A stretch of 64,000 bases of DNA, taken from contig JBFWVL010000001.1 of the NCBI GenBank assembly GCA_050246755.1, positions 640,001 to 704,000 of the forward strand, given 5' to 3'. The stretch is from Bacteriovoracia bacterium. Its GTDB lineage: Bacteria > Bdellovibrionota > UBA1018 > CAIPTA01. Position 1 is the first letter of the stretch; every line of letters begins with the position of its first letter. Shown here one piece after another: positions 38,712 to 48,515 of this stretch. The translations under genes were made by a program, and so were the position numbers. The notes under the pieces were generated by a model. That model did not search any database. It saw nothing but the letters and a program-made list of their open reading frames with translations, and was not told the origin of the DNA.

Positions 38712-40313
38712 ATGCGCGTCATCAATCCATTCCTGGTAATTTCTCTGGCCCTGCTTTCCGGTTCCGCCTGGGCGGTTCCTTCGGACTCTTACCTTTTCAA
38801 CGTAAAATCACAGACCGCGGCCGCGAAATCGCCGCCCGCCTTCTGGGACGTTCTTTTCGGCCGCGCAAAACTCGATGCCGATCTCACCGTGAAAGTTACC
38901 GATGCCGCCACCGGGCTGCCGATGGCCGGGGCCGCCGTGATGGTGGGAACGAAAAATGGCGATCCCTTCACCGAAAACGTGGTGCGCACCGATGAGGCCG
39001 GCCTCGCCGCCTTCACCCACGAAAGCCTGCGTTCCGGTACCCCGCGCCCCATCACGGTGGGCAAAGCGGGCTTCACGGTGGTATCGCTCTTACAGAACAC
39101 CAACAACGTGGTGGACGTGGCTCTCCAGAAAATCCAGGGCGAGCGCGACTACGGCTTTATGCGCGGAAAATTGACGGGCTTTCCGCCCGGTTTCGACAGC
39201 GGAACGCTGGAGCTTGGCCTCTTCGTGCCGGCCACCCGCCCCGCCGATCTTCTGAGCTTCGATCTCGGCCTCTTCGTGTCGAGCTACAAAGTAAAGATCG
39301 ACGTCTACGGCGAGCGCGAAGTGCCCGGCAATGCCGTGCTTCCGAACCAAAGCAAACGCTGGGGGCTCATCCCGCTCAGCTTCAATAAACCCGACTACAT
39401 CATGCCGCTCCCGAACGGGCTCGAAACCCATATGGCGGGAATGGTGGGCTCAGTGGCGATCAGCCCGGCCGTGACCGCGATCCGCAATAAAGATTTTATC
39501 TCGGTGCTGAACATCACTTCCTTCAACCACGTGGGCTGGACCAGCCGCCGCGTGAAAGTGAACGGCGACGATAACTTCGACATCAACGCCCGCCACGAAG
39601 TTACTCCGGCAATGCTCACTTCGAAAGTAAGCGGCGTGCCCGAGAAGCTCGATGTGGTTTCGATCTCGCTGGTGGACCCCGAAGGCGATGGCGGCGATTT
39701 CGTGGCGATGGACATCAAGGCACAGAAAGCCGAAGAAGTGAAAAACGGGAATACCCAGTTCAAGCTCGGCCTGCTGAAGAATCGCGTGCAAGGCGCCGCT
39801 TACTATATCTTCACGGGAATCTTCGACCGCAAGCAACTCAGCTCGAGCCCGCTGAACATTGCTGCCACCCCAGACTACCGCTGGATCGTGGGCTCCACGA
39901 AACCCGTGGGCAGCGCCCGCGCGGCCGAAACCCGTTTCTCCTCATTCCTCAAGCAGATGAAGCCGCAGGGCGTGAGCCAGGGCAACCGAGAATACCGCTT
40001 CAGCACGGCCAGCAACTCGAAGGTGGAACCCGACTTCACGATGGTGAACATCGTTTCCGAAAAACAGAATCAGCGCACCCAAGGTATCACGCGCGCGATC
40101 CTTTGGTCGTCGATCGTGCAGGGCGGGATAACCCAGTTGAACCTTCCCGACCTCGGCCGCCCCGTGCTGCCGAATCCAGACAGCTCCAAAGGCGAGCGTT
40201 TCTTCTGGGAAGTGGTGGCGATAAAAACCCGTCAGCCGGCGAAATCCGAGCTCGACCTGCAGTCGGCCCTAAGGAATGTGGAGCATGTTTCGAGCTTTAC
40301 GAAAGCGTTCTAA
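38712..40313 (+). CDS. Hypothetical secreted protein with a carboxypeptidase-regulatory-like beta domain
   Basis: Signal peptide (AWA); V.DA.TG.P..GA.V...TD..G motif. Confidence 0.8.
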   Translation: MRVINPFLVISLALLSGSAWAVPSDSYLFNVKSQTAAAKSPPAFWDVLFGRAKLDADLTVKVTDAATGLPMAGAAVMVGTKNGDPFTENVVRTDEAGLAAFTHESLRSGTPRPITVGKAGFTVVSLLQNTNNVVDVALQKIQGERDYGFMRGKLTGFPPGFDSGTLELGLFVPATRPADLLSFDLGLFVSSYKVKIDVYGEREVPGNAVLPNQSKRWGLIPLSFNKPDYIMPLPNGLETHMAGMVGSVAISPAVTAIRNKDFISVLNITSFNHVGWTSRRVKVNGDDNFDINARHEVTPAMLTSKVSGVPEKLDVVSISLVDPEGDGGDFVAMDIKAQKAEEVKNGNTQFKLGLLKNRVQGAAYYIFTGIFDRKQLSSSPLNIAATPDYRWIVGSTKPVGSARAAETRFSSFLKQMKPQGVSQGNREYRFSTASNSKVEPDFTMVNIVSEKQNQRTQGITRAILWSSIVQGGITQLNLPDLGRPVLPNPDSSKGERFFWEVVAIKTRQPAKSELDLQSALRNVEHVSSFTKAF

Positions 40314-40827
40314 ACACTGGCTAGCGCTGGGATGCATCGTGGGCGCCGGCCTCGGCTGCTCCAACCTGCCCTTCGTGCCGATCAACCACGCGCCGAGCCG
40401 TATCTTTCTCACGGATTTTTCCACCGCGTGGACCGCGGCCCTCGAGGCCGTTTCCGCTGGTCGCGATGTAGTGCGCGTGAACAACCGCGAGTCCGGAATC
40501 ATCGAGACGAACTGGATCAATAATACCGAATCTCGCAACTTTCTCGACGTTTTCTCCAACGAAGATTTCTTCCTGCAGATGCGCTACAAGCTGCAAGTGC
40601 AGGTGCGTGAGGGCAAGAAAAACGACCAGCAAGCGGTGATGGTGCGCGTGCTAAAACAGCAGCAGCGGCAAAATACTTTCCTCGGCGGCTGGATGGACGT
40701 GGAATCCGACGGGCTGGAAGAATCCGTTTACCTCTACCGGATCGGGCGCCTGGTGGCTATCCAGCAGTTCACCGAAGACCAGCAAGAAAAGCAAAAAGAA
40801 ATCGACGACGGCGATACGTTGTTCTAG
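40276..40827 (+). CDS. Lipoprotein, BamC-like domain
   Basis: Lipobox GLGC; W.A...A...GIIETNW...RYKL pattern; start uncertain. Confidence 0.65.
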   Translation: MWSMFRALRKRSKHWLALGCIVGAGLGCSNLPFVPINHAPSRIFLTDFSTAWTAALEAVSAGRDVVRVNNRESGIIETNWINNTESRNFLDVFSNEDFFLQMRYKLQVQVREGKKNDQQAVMVRVLKQQQRQNTFLGGWMDVESDGLEESVYLYRIGRLVAIQQFTEDQQEKQKEIDDGDTLF

Positions 40828-40881
40828 CCGCTTCCTCCGCGGAACCCCCATAGAATCAGCTAATTTCAGCAGCCTCTTTTT

Positions 40882-42249
40882 TCAAAACTTTGCCTGCAAG
40901 GGGCGAGGATCGCCGGCGCCCCTATACCGCCGCCACAACTCGCGGACCAAAAAAAGAATAAATACGAAAAGACAAACGCGAAACGGCGTTTGGTAATATC
41001 CGTAGGAAGAAAATACGATCACTCCCGAAAGAGAAAGCGGCGCCACGAATCCAGCGGCAAACAAAGTTTGCCGCCATCCCACGAAAAACAGTGCCAGCAG
41101 GAATACGCCCAAGAAAATTGCCCGGGCGATTAAACCCAGCCAAAAATTCGGATTGACGTTATGGTCATAAAGACGCCAGCTCCAAATATCCCAGTCCACG
41201 ATATTCCAAATTCGTTTTGCATGAAGTCTCAGCATATCCCAGGGATAATTTCTCCAAAATCGCAGGTAATCTTGGCGCAAAATCTTTCCGTATTCCGGGG
41301 AATAAAGGTTTACCTTCGGGGCCACCGCCCTGGCGAACCGATACTCGAAATAATCATTCCAGGTATTCTCGGCAACCGCTCCCGGCGGAATCTCGGCGGC
41401 CGGCACGAAACCAGGATAAATCCGCTGATCAGGCCCAATATGCCCACCGAACTCCAATAACCCGGCATGAATACTATGCCATATAGGGTGGCCCGTTCCC
41501 GGATGAAGGATCTTATCCTTCCACATCAGCGCCGTTAAAACCAGCATGCCCGTGAGAACCCTCCGGCGAAACTTTTCCGGAGAAACATCGCTCTTAAAGA
41601 ACCGGGCCGAAAATACCGGGAATACCAAAACCGGAAGCAGCGAGACGACCACCAGCCAGGATGAGGAGCGCGTAAAATTACACAGGTAAATCCCAAACGC
41701 ACCGGCAATGCCGACGGCCACCGCTCTCTTTCCCCGCAATTTGGCCGAAGCGAAAACAAGGATGCCCAAAAAGCATGCCGCATACAGGGGTATCGAATAT
41801 ACATCGAGGGAATACAAGTTCTGAGATACCTGCGGCGCGAGGTAAATCACTCCCTGAATGACTCCGCCCCATATATTTCCGAAAACTTTACTCAACAGGA
41901 AATAAAGGAGCATGGACATAAAAATAAAAATACCATTTACCAATAGTGGCAGCGCGGGCGGAATTTTTTCCCTGGGATGAATTCCGATGTACTTCGGTTG
42001 AAGTAGATAGGCAGCCTTCGCTAGATGAGCCAAGCCCAAATCGTCGAAATTTGCATCGAGATCAGGAAGATGCGGAATATCTTTTTTCACCCATCGGTTG
42101 GCGCGACGCTGCCCGGCCAAGCAGGAATTGCCCACGCGAGTGCCCTGCGAAAGCTCGGGGTATTTAGGATAGTAAAAATATCCCGCCGTCATCACGAGCA
42201 GAGGCAATAGAATTGGCCAGTTTTTAGGAAGTTTTTTCCAGCGCAGCAT
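40882..42249 (-). CDS. Hypothetical polytopic membrane protein, possibly GT-C-like
   Basis: Multiple TM segments, early DD pair and a large loop containing HPIWHSIHAGL. Confidence 0.65.
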   Translation of the reverse strand: MLRWKKLPKNWPILLPLLVMTAGYFYYPKYPELSQGTRVGNSCLAGQRRANRWVKKDIPHLPDLDANFDDLGLAHLAKAAYLLQPKYIGIHPREKIPPALPLLVNGIFIFMSMLLYFLLSKVFGNIWGGVIQGVIYLAPQVSQNLYSLDVYSIPLYAACFLGILVFASAKLRGKRAVAVGIAGAFGIYLCNFTRSSSWLVVVSLLPVLVFPVFSARFFKSDVSPEKFRRRVLTGMLVLTALMWKDKILHPGTGHPIWHSIHAGLLEFGGHIGPDQRIYPGFVPAAEIPPGAVAENTWNDYFEYRFARAVAPKVNLYSPEYGKILRQDYLRFWRNYPWDMLRLHAKRIWNIVDWDIWSWRLYDHNVNPNFWLGLIARAIFLGVFLLALFFVGWRQTLFAAGFVAPLSLSGVIVFSSYGYYQTPFRVCLFVFILFLVRELWRRYRGAGDPRPLQAKF

Positions 42250-42295
42250 ACCTAAATACCTACCAGCCGGGATAGACAGCAGGAAAGAAAAACGC

Positions 42296-43177
42296 TTAGG
42301 ACGCGAGCATTTTCTCGAATTCGGAAAGAAGCTCGGCTTCTTTTTCTTTGGGAGATTTTTCGGCGGCAGGAGCTTCTGCGGTAGGAGTTACGGGCGCAAG
42401 CACGTTCGTATTCGTTTCGGCGGCTTTCACCGGTTCAGCGGCGGGAGCTGGAGCGGCGGCCACTACCGGTGCTGGTGCCGGCTCGGGAGCGGCGGGGGCA
42501 GGCTCCGCCGGAACCACTTTCAGTTCGGGCTGCTGAGGAGCCCCACCGGAAATCGTTACCTCAACGGGCGCAGCCGGAGCGGCCGCGGCTACCGTAGTAG
42601 CTCCGCCTTTCTCGTACTGCTCTACCTTAGTGCGGAGAACTTCGTTCTCCTTCTGGAATTTTTTCAGGTTGGCCAAGTCGTCTTCGATCACTTCGTATTC
42701 TTGGAGCTTGGCTTTAAGGTCTTCTAGTTCTTTCACGGCGGCCGGATTCGGCGCGGCGGCCCCACCAGCTGCAGGTGCGGCGGCGAGTTTTTGCTCCAAC
42801 GCGGTTTTTTCGGCGCGGAGTCCGTTCAGCATGCGATCGAAATCTAGGGCGCGCTGGTCGGCGAGCGAAAGCTGGGCGCGGAGGGCTTCGAGCTCACGGC
42901 CGAGAGCAGGATCATTTCCTGCCACCACGGTCGTAACCGATCCGGTAACCGGGGGAGCCTCACCAAATAAACGATAACGAAGTTCGGCTTCGTCGGAACG
43001 GGCCTTGTCCAAATATGCACGCACTAGGGCGGCGGGAACCCATTCGGCGGTCTCCCGCTTCTTCTTGCGAATAAGCGTCCAGTAAACCGTAATGGCCGCT
43101 ACCGCACAAATAAGTGCGATTTCAGCTCCTACGAGCTCCTCGGAAAACTTACTAAAGAATAGCGCTATGGCGTCCAA
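42296..43177 (-). CDS. Membrane-anchored coiled-coil protein with Ala/Pro-rich linker
   Basis: N-terminal TM, heptads, KLQEYEVIEDDLANLK, terminal helix ELLSEFEKML. Confidence 0.8.
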   Translation of the reverse strand: MDAIALFFSKFSEELVGAEIALICAVAAITVYWTLIRKKKRETAEWVPAALVRAYLDKARSDEAELRYRLFGEAPPVTGSVTTVVAGNDPALGRELEALRAQLSLADQRALDFDRMLNGLRAEKTALEQKLAAAPAAGGAAAPNPAAVKELEDLKAKLQEYEVIEDDLANLKKFQKENEVLRTKVEQYEKGGATTVAAAAPAAPVEVTISGGAPQQPELKVVPAEPAPAAPEPAPAPVVAAAPAPAAEPVKAAETNTNVLAPVTPTAEAPAAEKSPKEKEAELLSEFEKMLAS

Positions 43178-43203
43178 GAGAACCTCTTGCTACACTTCGG
43201 CTT

Positions 43204-44001
43204 ATGCCTAGTGGGAAGACCTTCACTCCACTTTTCGGTACTTTCGTGATTCTCCTTAGCCCTTTTTTCCCTATTAGTGAAAATGCGGCATTGGCCGCGA
43301 AACCCCCTTATATCGTGGTCCTAGACCCGGGGCATGGCGGCGTGGATACAGGTACGCTCGCGGGAACCGGTAAAAAACGCATACTCGAAAAAGACATTAC
43401 TCTCGCCATCACCATCCGCACCGAGAAGATCCTAAATGATCCTAAATACGCAAAAACCTTGGGCCGCAAGATCAAGGTACTCGTAACCCGCCGTTCCGAT
43501 GTGGAGGTGCCCCTCGAAGCCCGCGCCGAGCTCGCCAAAAGCAACCACGCGGATCTCTTCGTGTCCATCCACGTGAACTCCGACACTACCCACACCGTGC
43601 AGGGCCTCGAGACGTATTTCCTGAACAATACCGACTCCGAGAGCAGCTCCAAGCTCGAGCAAATCGAGAACCGCACGAGCAAAAAATACGGGAGCGGAAA
43701 ATCCCTCCTGATGCGTACCGTAGCCGCCGACGCCGTAACCGAAGTATCCCGGGAAGCCGCCAAAACCATCCATTCGAGCCTCGCCGACCACTTGCGCAGC
43801 GAAGACGTGCCTTTCCACGACCGGGGCGTGAAACAAGCCATGCTCTACGTATTATTGGACTCCCAGGTGCCCGCCGTTTTGATCGAGGCTTTTTACCTGA
43901 GCCATAAGAAGGACTTGATCCTGATCACGGACCCGGAGAACCGACAGAAAATTGCCGAGGGGATCGCCAAGGGCGTACTGAGATTTTTGGCCCTACAATA
44001 G
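43204..44001 (+). CDS. N-acetylmuramoyl-L-alanine amidase (Amidase_3), catalytic domain only
   Basis: VLDPGHGG, EKD, FVSIHVN, GLETY, PAVLIE. Confidence 0.92.
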   Translation: MPSGKTFTPLFGTFVILLSPFFPISENAALAAKPPYIVVLDPGHGGVDTGTLAGTGKKRILEKDITLAITIRTEKILNDPKYAKTLGRKIKVLVTRRSDVEVPLEARAELAKSNHADLFVSIHVNSDTTHTVQGLETYFLNNTDSESSSKLEQIENRTSKKYGSGKSLLMRTVAADAVTEVSREAAKTIHSSLADHLRSEDVPFHDRGVKQAMLYVLLDSQVPAVLIEAFYLSHKKDLILITDPENRQKIAEGIAKGVLRFLALQ

Positions 44002-44177
44002 CTTAGTCCACCGCTGATTACATTCCATACACCCCTGCCCAATGTGTAGACAGCTAACACCTGCCCAAAACATATACACAGATTATATGCGTTCCCATAA
44101 TGGGGTTCTATAATCCTAGTTTATGCTTCCTCCGAAAAATCAGGGGCTTAGGTGTCCTGTCTCGCTCCCGACACCCC

Positions 44178-44194
44178 TTGGCACAACGCTTGCG
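44178..44194 (+). promoter_or_regulatory. Sigma-54 (-24/-12) promoter
   Basis: TTGGCACAACGCTTGCG matches TGGCAC-N5-TTGC with exact GG-N10-GC spacing, ~105 nt upstream of ATG 44299. Confidence 0.8.
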
Positions 44195-44298
44195 ATTACC
44201 TGATCAGAAGTAGATGTATCTGTTCTGAGACAGGCCCCGGCCCAACCAGTAACAAGTGCAATGCAGAATTAGTTAAACGCGATTTGTTGGAGGTCCCT

Positions 44299-44796
44299 AT
44301 GAAAATCACTAAGCAAGCAAGAGCAGCTTTGTTTGTGATGCTGTTAGCAATCAGTATCCTGCCAGGCTGTGGTAAAAATAAAAACCAAGGCGACGTTGGA
44401 ATCGGTGTAGCACCGATCGGACTGTTCCCGGGCGCACCCGCCGGAAGCACGTCTTTCGCATTCTACGGAAATGGCCAAGTAGGCGCCGGCAGCGGTCTCT
44501 ACGGAAATTTCTCGGCAGGTGGTAGCGGCCAAGTTTTGGGCCCTCAATACCGCCGCACCAACGGCTCCGGCGACCAGATCCTAGTATCCGTAAGCGGAGC
44601 TACTGGTTACGGAACGAGCCAAGTAACCGTATCGGGCATCGTATCCCTCGCGCCCTCTACCGTAGCTTGGTACCAAGTTAACTGTGGTGGCATGCCCAAC
44701 ATGGTTGTCTTCCAAGGACAAGTTCTCAACGCAACCGGTGTGATCCAATCTTCGATCCCCGTAGGCTTGGGCTACTCCTGCGGACTCAGCCTCTAA
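44299..44796 (+). CDS. Gly-rich hypothetical lipoprotein (165 aa)
   Basis: GGAGG RBS; lipobox LPGC; two further Cys. Confidence 0.85.
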   Translation: MKITKQARAALFVMLLAISILPGCGKNKNQGDVGIGVAPIGLFPGAPAGSTSFAFYGNGQVGAGSGLYGNFSAGGSGQVLGPQYRRTNGSGDQILVSVSGATGYGTSQVTVSGIVSLAPSTVAWYQVNCGGMPNMVVFQGQVLNATGVIQSSIPVGLGYSCGLSL

Positions 44797-44805
44797 TCTT
44801 TCACG

Positions 44806-45018
44806 GTGTCCAAATCTCGTAGCTTCGAAACACCCACATCGCGTGTGTCAAAGCTAAAGTAGAAGTGAATAGTTAGAGTTCCCCGCTGTACGTATGCTCC
44901 TCGCTAAAGTTGAAGTTGTAGTTCATGTTGTAAAAAGTTTCTGAACTACGAGAAGAAACGATATTCCTGCTCTCTCGTTTCTAGGACATTGGGCCCCGCT
45001 TAATAGCGGGGCTTTTTT
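44806..45018 (+). ncRNA. Candidate structured RNA (long 3' UTR or sRNA)
   Basis: Nested complementary segments: 44806-11/44984-89, 44815-22/44946-53, 44954-61/44975-82; ends in a terminator. Confidence 0.45.
44993..45018 (+). terminator. Intrinsic terminator
   Basis: GCCCCGCT-TAAT-AGCGGGGC-TTTTTT. Confidence 0.9.
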
Positions 45019-45192
45019 ATTTGTATCAAGCGAAGCAGAAATCCTCGCCGCTACCTAAGAAAAGCCTCAAATCCTCCTAAAAGCCCTACTTAGAATGGGG
45101 CTTCTTCATTTACGCCTTGGCACTCCTCCTCCCCCAGGATAAATTTAGGGGAAGCGCCTCACCCCTTTTGGTGAAGCCGGAGGAATTTAGTC

Positions 45193-45726
45193 ATGAAGAC
45201 CCTTCTATTGATTGCCTTTTTTTTTACCGTAAGTTCCGCCAAAGCCGCGACCCTGATGGATCTCCGGTGCAGCGAAAAGGGCTTCGACAAAAACTTCTAC
45301 GTCACCAATAAGAACGGCGAGAAACACCTCAAGGAAGATATCCGTTTCGAAAACAAGGCCAGCTGCGAAGCCGCCCTGGAAAAAGCCCGTAAAAATCCCG
45401 CCAATGTAAGCTGCGTTCCCGCCGAGCTTGGCCTCTCGCGCATGTTCACGCTGTATAGCTTCCAGAGCGGAAAACAAATCGGCCGCTCGGTTTTCGGCAA
45501 AGAACGCTGCGACCAGCAGGCCGACTCCGCTAAACCCGATTTCGTTTGCGCGCTCGAAGCCGGCATCGCCTCCGTGAAATTCCTGCGCTTCAATCAGTCC
45601 GGCGCCCCCTTGGACCAGCAGACTTATACCACCTTGGCTGATTGCACCAAAGAGAAGGCGAAGTCATCCCCTTCCGCCACCGAAGACGCCGCTCCCGCCG
45701 GCGACTCGAATACTTCCGCGAATTAA
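45193..45726 (+). CDS. Hypothetical secreted Cys-rich protein with three internal repeats
   Basis: GGAGG RBS; signal AKA; three C...(F/Y).....C units. Confidence 0.8.
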   Translation: MKTLLLIAFFFTVSSAKAATLMDLRCSEKGFDKNFYVTNKNGEKHLKEDIRFENKASCEAALEKARKNPANVSCVPAELGLSRMFTLYSFQSGKQIGRSVFGKERCDQQADSAKPDFVCALEAGIASVKFLRFNQSGAPLDQQTYTTLADCTKEKAKSSPSATEDAAPAGDSNTSAN

Positions 45727-45770
45727 TCCGCCGGTTTGTCTCCCGCGGGGGTTTACGCTATAGTTTTGCG

Positions 45771-46811
45771 ATGTCCCTCGAGAATAAAACCCCTTTTCTC
45801 CTCCCGAAAAACGGCAAAAAAAATACCCTGAGCGGAGCCGCGCCCAGCGGAAATCTCACGCTCGGAAATTATATCGGGGCGATCACGAACTGGGGCGCTC
45901 TCCAGGAAGAATTCAATTGCTACTACATGGTGGTGGACCTGCACTCGATCACCACGAAGCAGGATCCGAAAATCCTGCGCGAGCGCAGCCTGAGCTTTTA
46001 TGCCCAGTACCTCGCCTGCGGCCTGGACCCCGAAAAGAACGTGATCTTCCTGCAGAGCCACGTGAGCGAGCACGCGGAGCTCGCCTGGGCATTGAATTGC
46101 TTCACTCCCTTCGGCGATCTTTCGCGGATGACGCAGTTTAAGGACAAGAGCCTCAAGCACGCCAAGAATATCAACGCCGGGCTCTTCACCTACCCCGTGC
46201 TGATGGCCGCCGATATCCTTCTTTACGATGCGCACGTGGTGCCCGTGGGCGAAGACCAAAAGCAGCACCTCGAACTCACGCGCGACGTGGCAATGCGGTT
46301 CAATAATGAGTTCGGCGAAACCTTCGCGGTGCCCGATCCGATGATTCCCAAAGTAGGTGCACGCATCATGGCGCTGCTCGAGCCCACGAGAAAAATGGAT
46401 AAGTCGGATCCGAATCCGAACAATACGGTTTTCCTGCTGGATGAACCGAAGGTGCTCGAGAAGAAGTTCAAGAGCGCCACCACGGATTCGGGCAGCGAGA
46501 TCAAATTCGACGAAGAGAATAAACCCGGCGTCTCGAATCTAATGCAGATTCATTCCGTGCTGAGCGGAAAATCCATCCCTGAATTGGAACAGCATTTCAC
46601 GGGTAAAATGTACGGCCACCTCAAGGTGGAAACCGCGGCGGTGGCGATCGAAAAATTCACCCCGGTGCAGGAGCGCTACAAACAGCTCATGGGCGATAAA
46701 GCTTACCTCGCCGAGGTGATGAAAAAGAACGCCCTCCGCGCCAAAGAGCACGCGGCCAAAACTCTGGCCCGGGCCTACGAAAAAATCGGATTTATTCCCA
46801 AAGGCTTCTAG
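45771..46811 (+). CDS. trpS: Tryptophan--tRNA ligase
   Basis: TLGNY, YPVLMAADIL, VPVGEDQKQHLEL, KMDKS. Confidence 0.97.
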   Translation: MSLENKTPFLLPKNGKKNTLSGAAPSGNLTLGNYIGAITNWGALQEEFNCYYMVVDLHSITTKQDPKILRERSLSFYAQYLACGLDPEKNVIFLQSHVSEHAELAWALNCFTPFGDLSRMTQFKDKSLKHAKNINAGLFTYPVLMAADILLYDAHVVPVGEDQKQHLELTRDVAMRFNNEFGETFAVPDPMIPKVGARIMALLEPTRKMDKSDPNPNNTVFLLDEPKVLEKKFKSATTDSGSEIKFDEENKPGVSNLMQIHSVLSGKSIPELEQHFTGKMYGHLKVETAAVAIEKFTPVQERYKQLMGDKAYLAEVMKKNALRAKEHAAKTLARAYEKIGFIPKGF

Positions 46812-46904
46812 GCATCGGCTCTCGCCTATCCGACTGGGCGAGTCCGCTATTATTCCCCTCCCTTCACCTGGGATTCGCCACCAGGAATCTGCGATACTAA
46901 GAAA

Positions 46905-47777
46905 ATGAACGCCTCCTTCGGAGAATTCGCCGCCTACCTCCGGCTCGATAAAGGGCTCTCGGAAAAAACCGTGGCGAGCTACCTCTCCGACCTCCACCTT
47001 ATCGGCAAGGAAACGGAATTGCTCGCCATGAGCGAGGCCCAGGTGGAAAGCCAGCTCAGTGCCTGGAGAAAAGCAGGCCTCGCGGCTTCTTCGGTACAAA
47101 GAAAAGTTGCGAGCCTGCGTGCGTTTTTCGCATTCCACCAACGCAATGATTCGGATCTCCAGGATCCCACGAGCAAAATCGAATTGAAGTGCGCGCGCAG
47201 GCCCTTGCCCAAAGCGCTTTCAGCCGAAAATATTCGAAAAATATTGAGTGCGCCCAACCTAGAGACCCCGGAAGGCTTTCGCGATCGTGCCTGGATCGAA
47301 TTGCTCTACGCTTGCGGCCTGCGCGTTTCGGAACTCGTGGGCCTCAAACCGGGAAACTTGCAGTTAGGCTCTTCACAATTGCGCGTGATGGGCAAAGGCT
47401 CGAAGGAACGCATCATTCCCATAGGGAAATCCGCGATCGCCTGGCTGGAGCGCTACCTGAAAGAGGCGTATCCTAAGCTCAATCAGGGATTGGCCTGCGA
47501 GTTTCTTTTTATCGAGCCCAAGGGGCCGCGCCCTCTCACCCGCCAGGAAATTTGGCAGCTGCTGAAGAACTATGCAAAAAAAGGCGGCGTGAAAGAACAC
47601 GTGAGCCCGCATCAGCTGCGCCATAGCTTTGCCACGCATTTGCTGGAAGGCGGGATGAACCTGCGCTCCGTGCAAACATTGCTGGGGCATAGCGATATCT
47701 CTACCACCCAAATCTATACCCAAGTGGAAGCGGCCCGCCTGGTGGATGCGCACCGGAAGTTTCACCCTCGAAAGTAG
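46905..47777 (+). CDS. xerD: Site-specific tyrosine recombinase XerD
   Basis: LYACGLRVSEL, GKGSKER, SPHQLRHSFATHLL, LGHSDISTTQIY, FHPR; syntenic with trpS/scpAB. Confidence 0.9.
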   Translation: MNASFGEFAAYLRLDKGLSEKTVASYLSDLHLIGKETELLAMSEAQVESQLSAWRKAGLAASSVQRKVASLRAFFAFHQRNDSDLQDPTSKIELKCARRPLPKALSAENIRKILSAPNLETPEGFRDRAWIELLYACGLRVSELVGLKPGNLQLGSSQLRVMGKGSKERIIPIGKSAIAWLERYLKEAYPKLNQGLACEFLFIEPKGPRPLTRQEIWQLLKNYAKKGGVKEHVSPHQLRHSFATHLLEGGMNLRSVQTLLGHSDISTTQIYTQVEAARLVDAHRKFHPRK

Positions 47778-47810
47778 TGCAGGGACGAAGGTTAGTGATA
47801 TAACCCTCCT

Positions 47811-48503
47811 ATGAACTTCGACCCAGTAGAGATCTTCCGCAATATCCTGATCTTCATGCCGGCCTTTCTGTTCGCGCTCGTGGTGCACGAATATGCGCAC
47901 GCCTGGATGGCAACCAAGTTCGGCGATAATACTTCCGAATGGAGCGGCCGTCTCACGATGAACCCCACGGCGCATATCGATCCCCTGGGCACCCTGATTT
48001 TTCCCATCGCCAGCATTGCCATGGGCTCGCATATCTTCTTCGGCTGGGCCAAGCCCGTGCCGATCAATCCCAGCCTCTTCTCCAGCTACCGAAAGGGCTT
48101 ATTCTGGGTCGCCTTTGCGGGCCCTCTCTCGAATATCATCACCGGATTTCTATCGGCCTTTCTGCTCGTGGGTTTCCTTGCCTACGTTCCCCGCGATTTC
48201 GCCTTTTATGCCGGCGCTCAGGGAATTCTCGAGAGCTTCCTCATGCTGAACTTCTCTTTGGCGATTTTTAATCTGCTACCGGTGCCTCCGCTGGATGGGT
48301 CCAACATAGTTTTGAGCTTTCTTAGCTATAATGCGTCGCAAAAATTTATGGCCATCCAGCAGTATGCCAATATCTTATTGATATTCATGCTCTTTACCGG
48401 AGCCCTCTCCTTCATCCGCATCCCCATCATCCTGCTCGTAAACCTTTCGCTAAACCTCGCAACCAGTGTGTTTGGCTTTGCGTTACCTGGTTATTCTGGT
48501 TAA
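47811..48503 (+). CDS. Site-2 protease (M50) family protein
   Basis: HEYAH, AGPLSN, FNLLPVPPLDG. Confidence 0.93.
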   Translation: MNFDPVEIFRNILIFMPAFLFALVVHEYAHAWMATKFGDNTSEWSGRLTMNPTAHIDPLGTLIFPIASIAMGSHIFFGWAKPVPINPSLFSSYRKGLFWVAFAGPLSNIITGFLSAFLLVGFLAYVPRDFAFYAGAQGILESFLMLNFSLAIFNLLPVPPLDGSNIVLSFLSYNASQKFMAIQQYANILLIFMLFTGALSFIRIPIILLVNLSLNLATSVFGFALPGYSG

Positions 48504-48515
48504 ATTCTTCCGGTA

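Noticed and set aside
44152-44298. Upstream GTG extension of the lipoprotein ORF
   Set aside because: Spans the sigma-54 promoter; RBS and signal peptide fit ATG 44299.
46905-47777. Tyrosine recombinase as a prophage or island integrase
   Set aside because: XerD length, motifs and housekeeping synteny; no att sites or phage genes seen.
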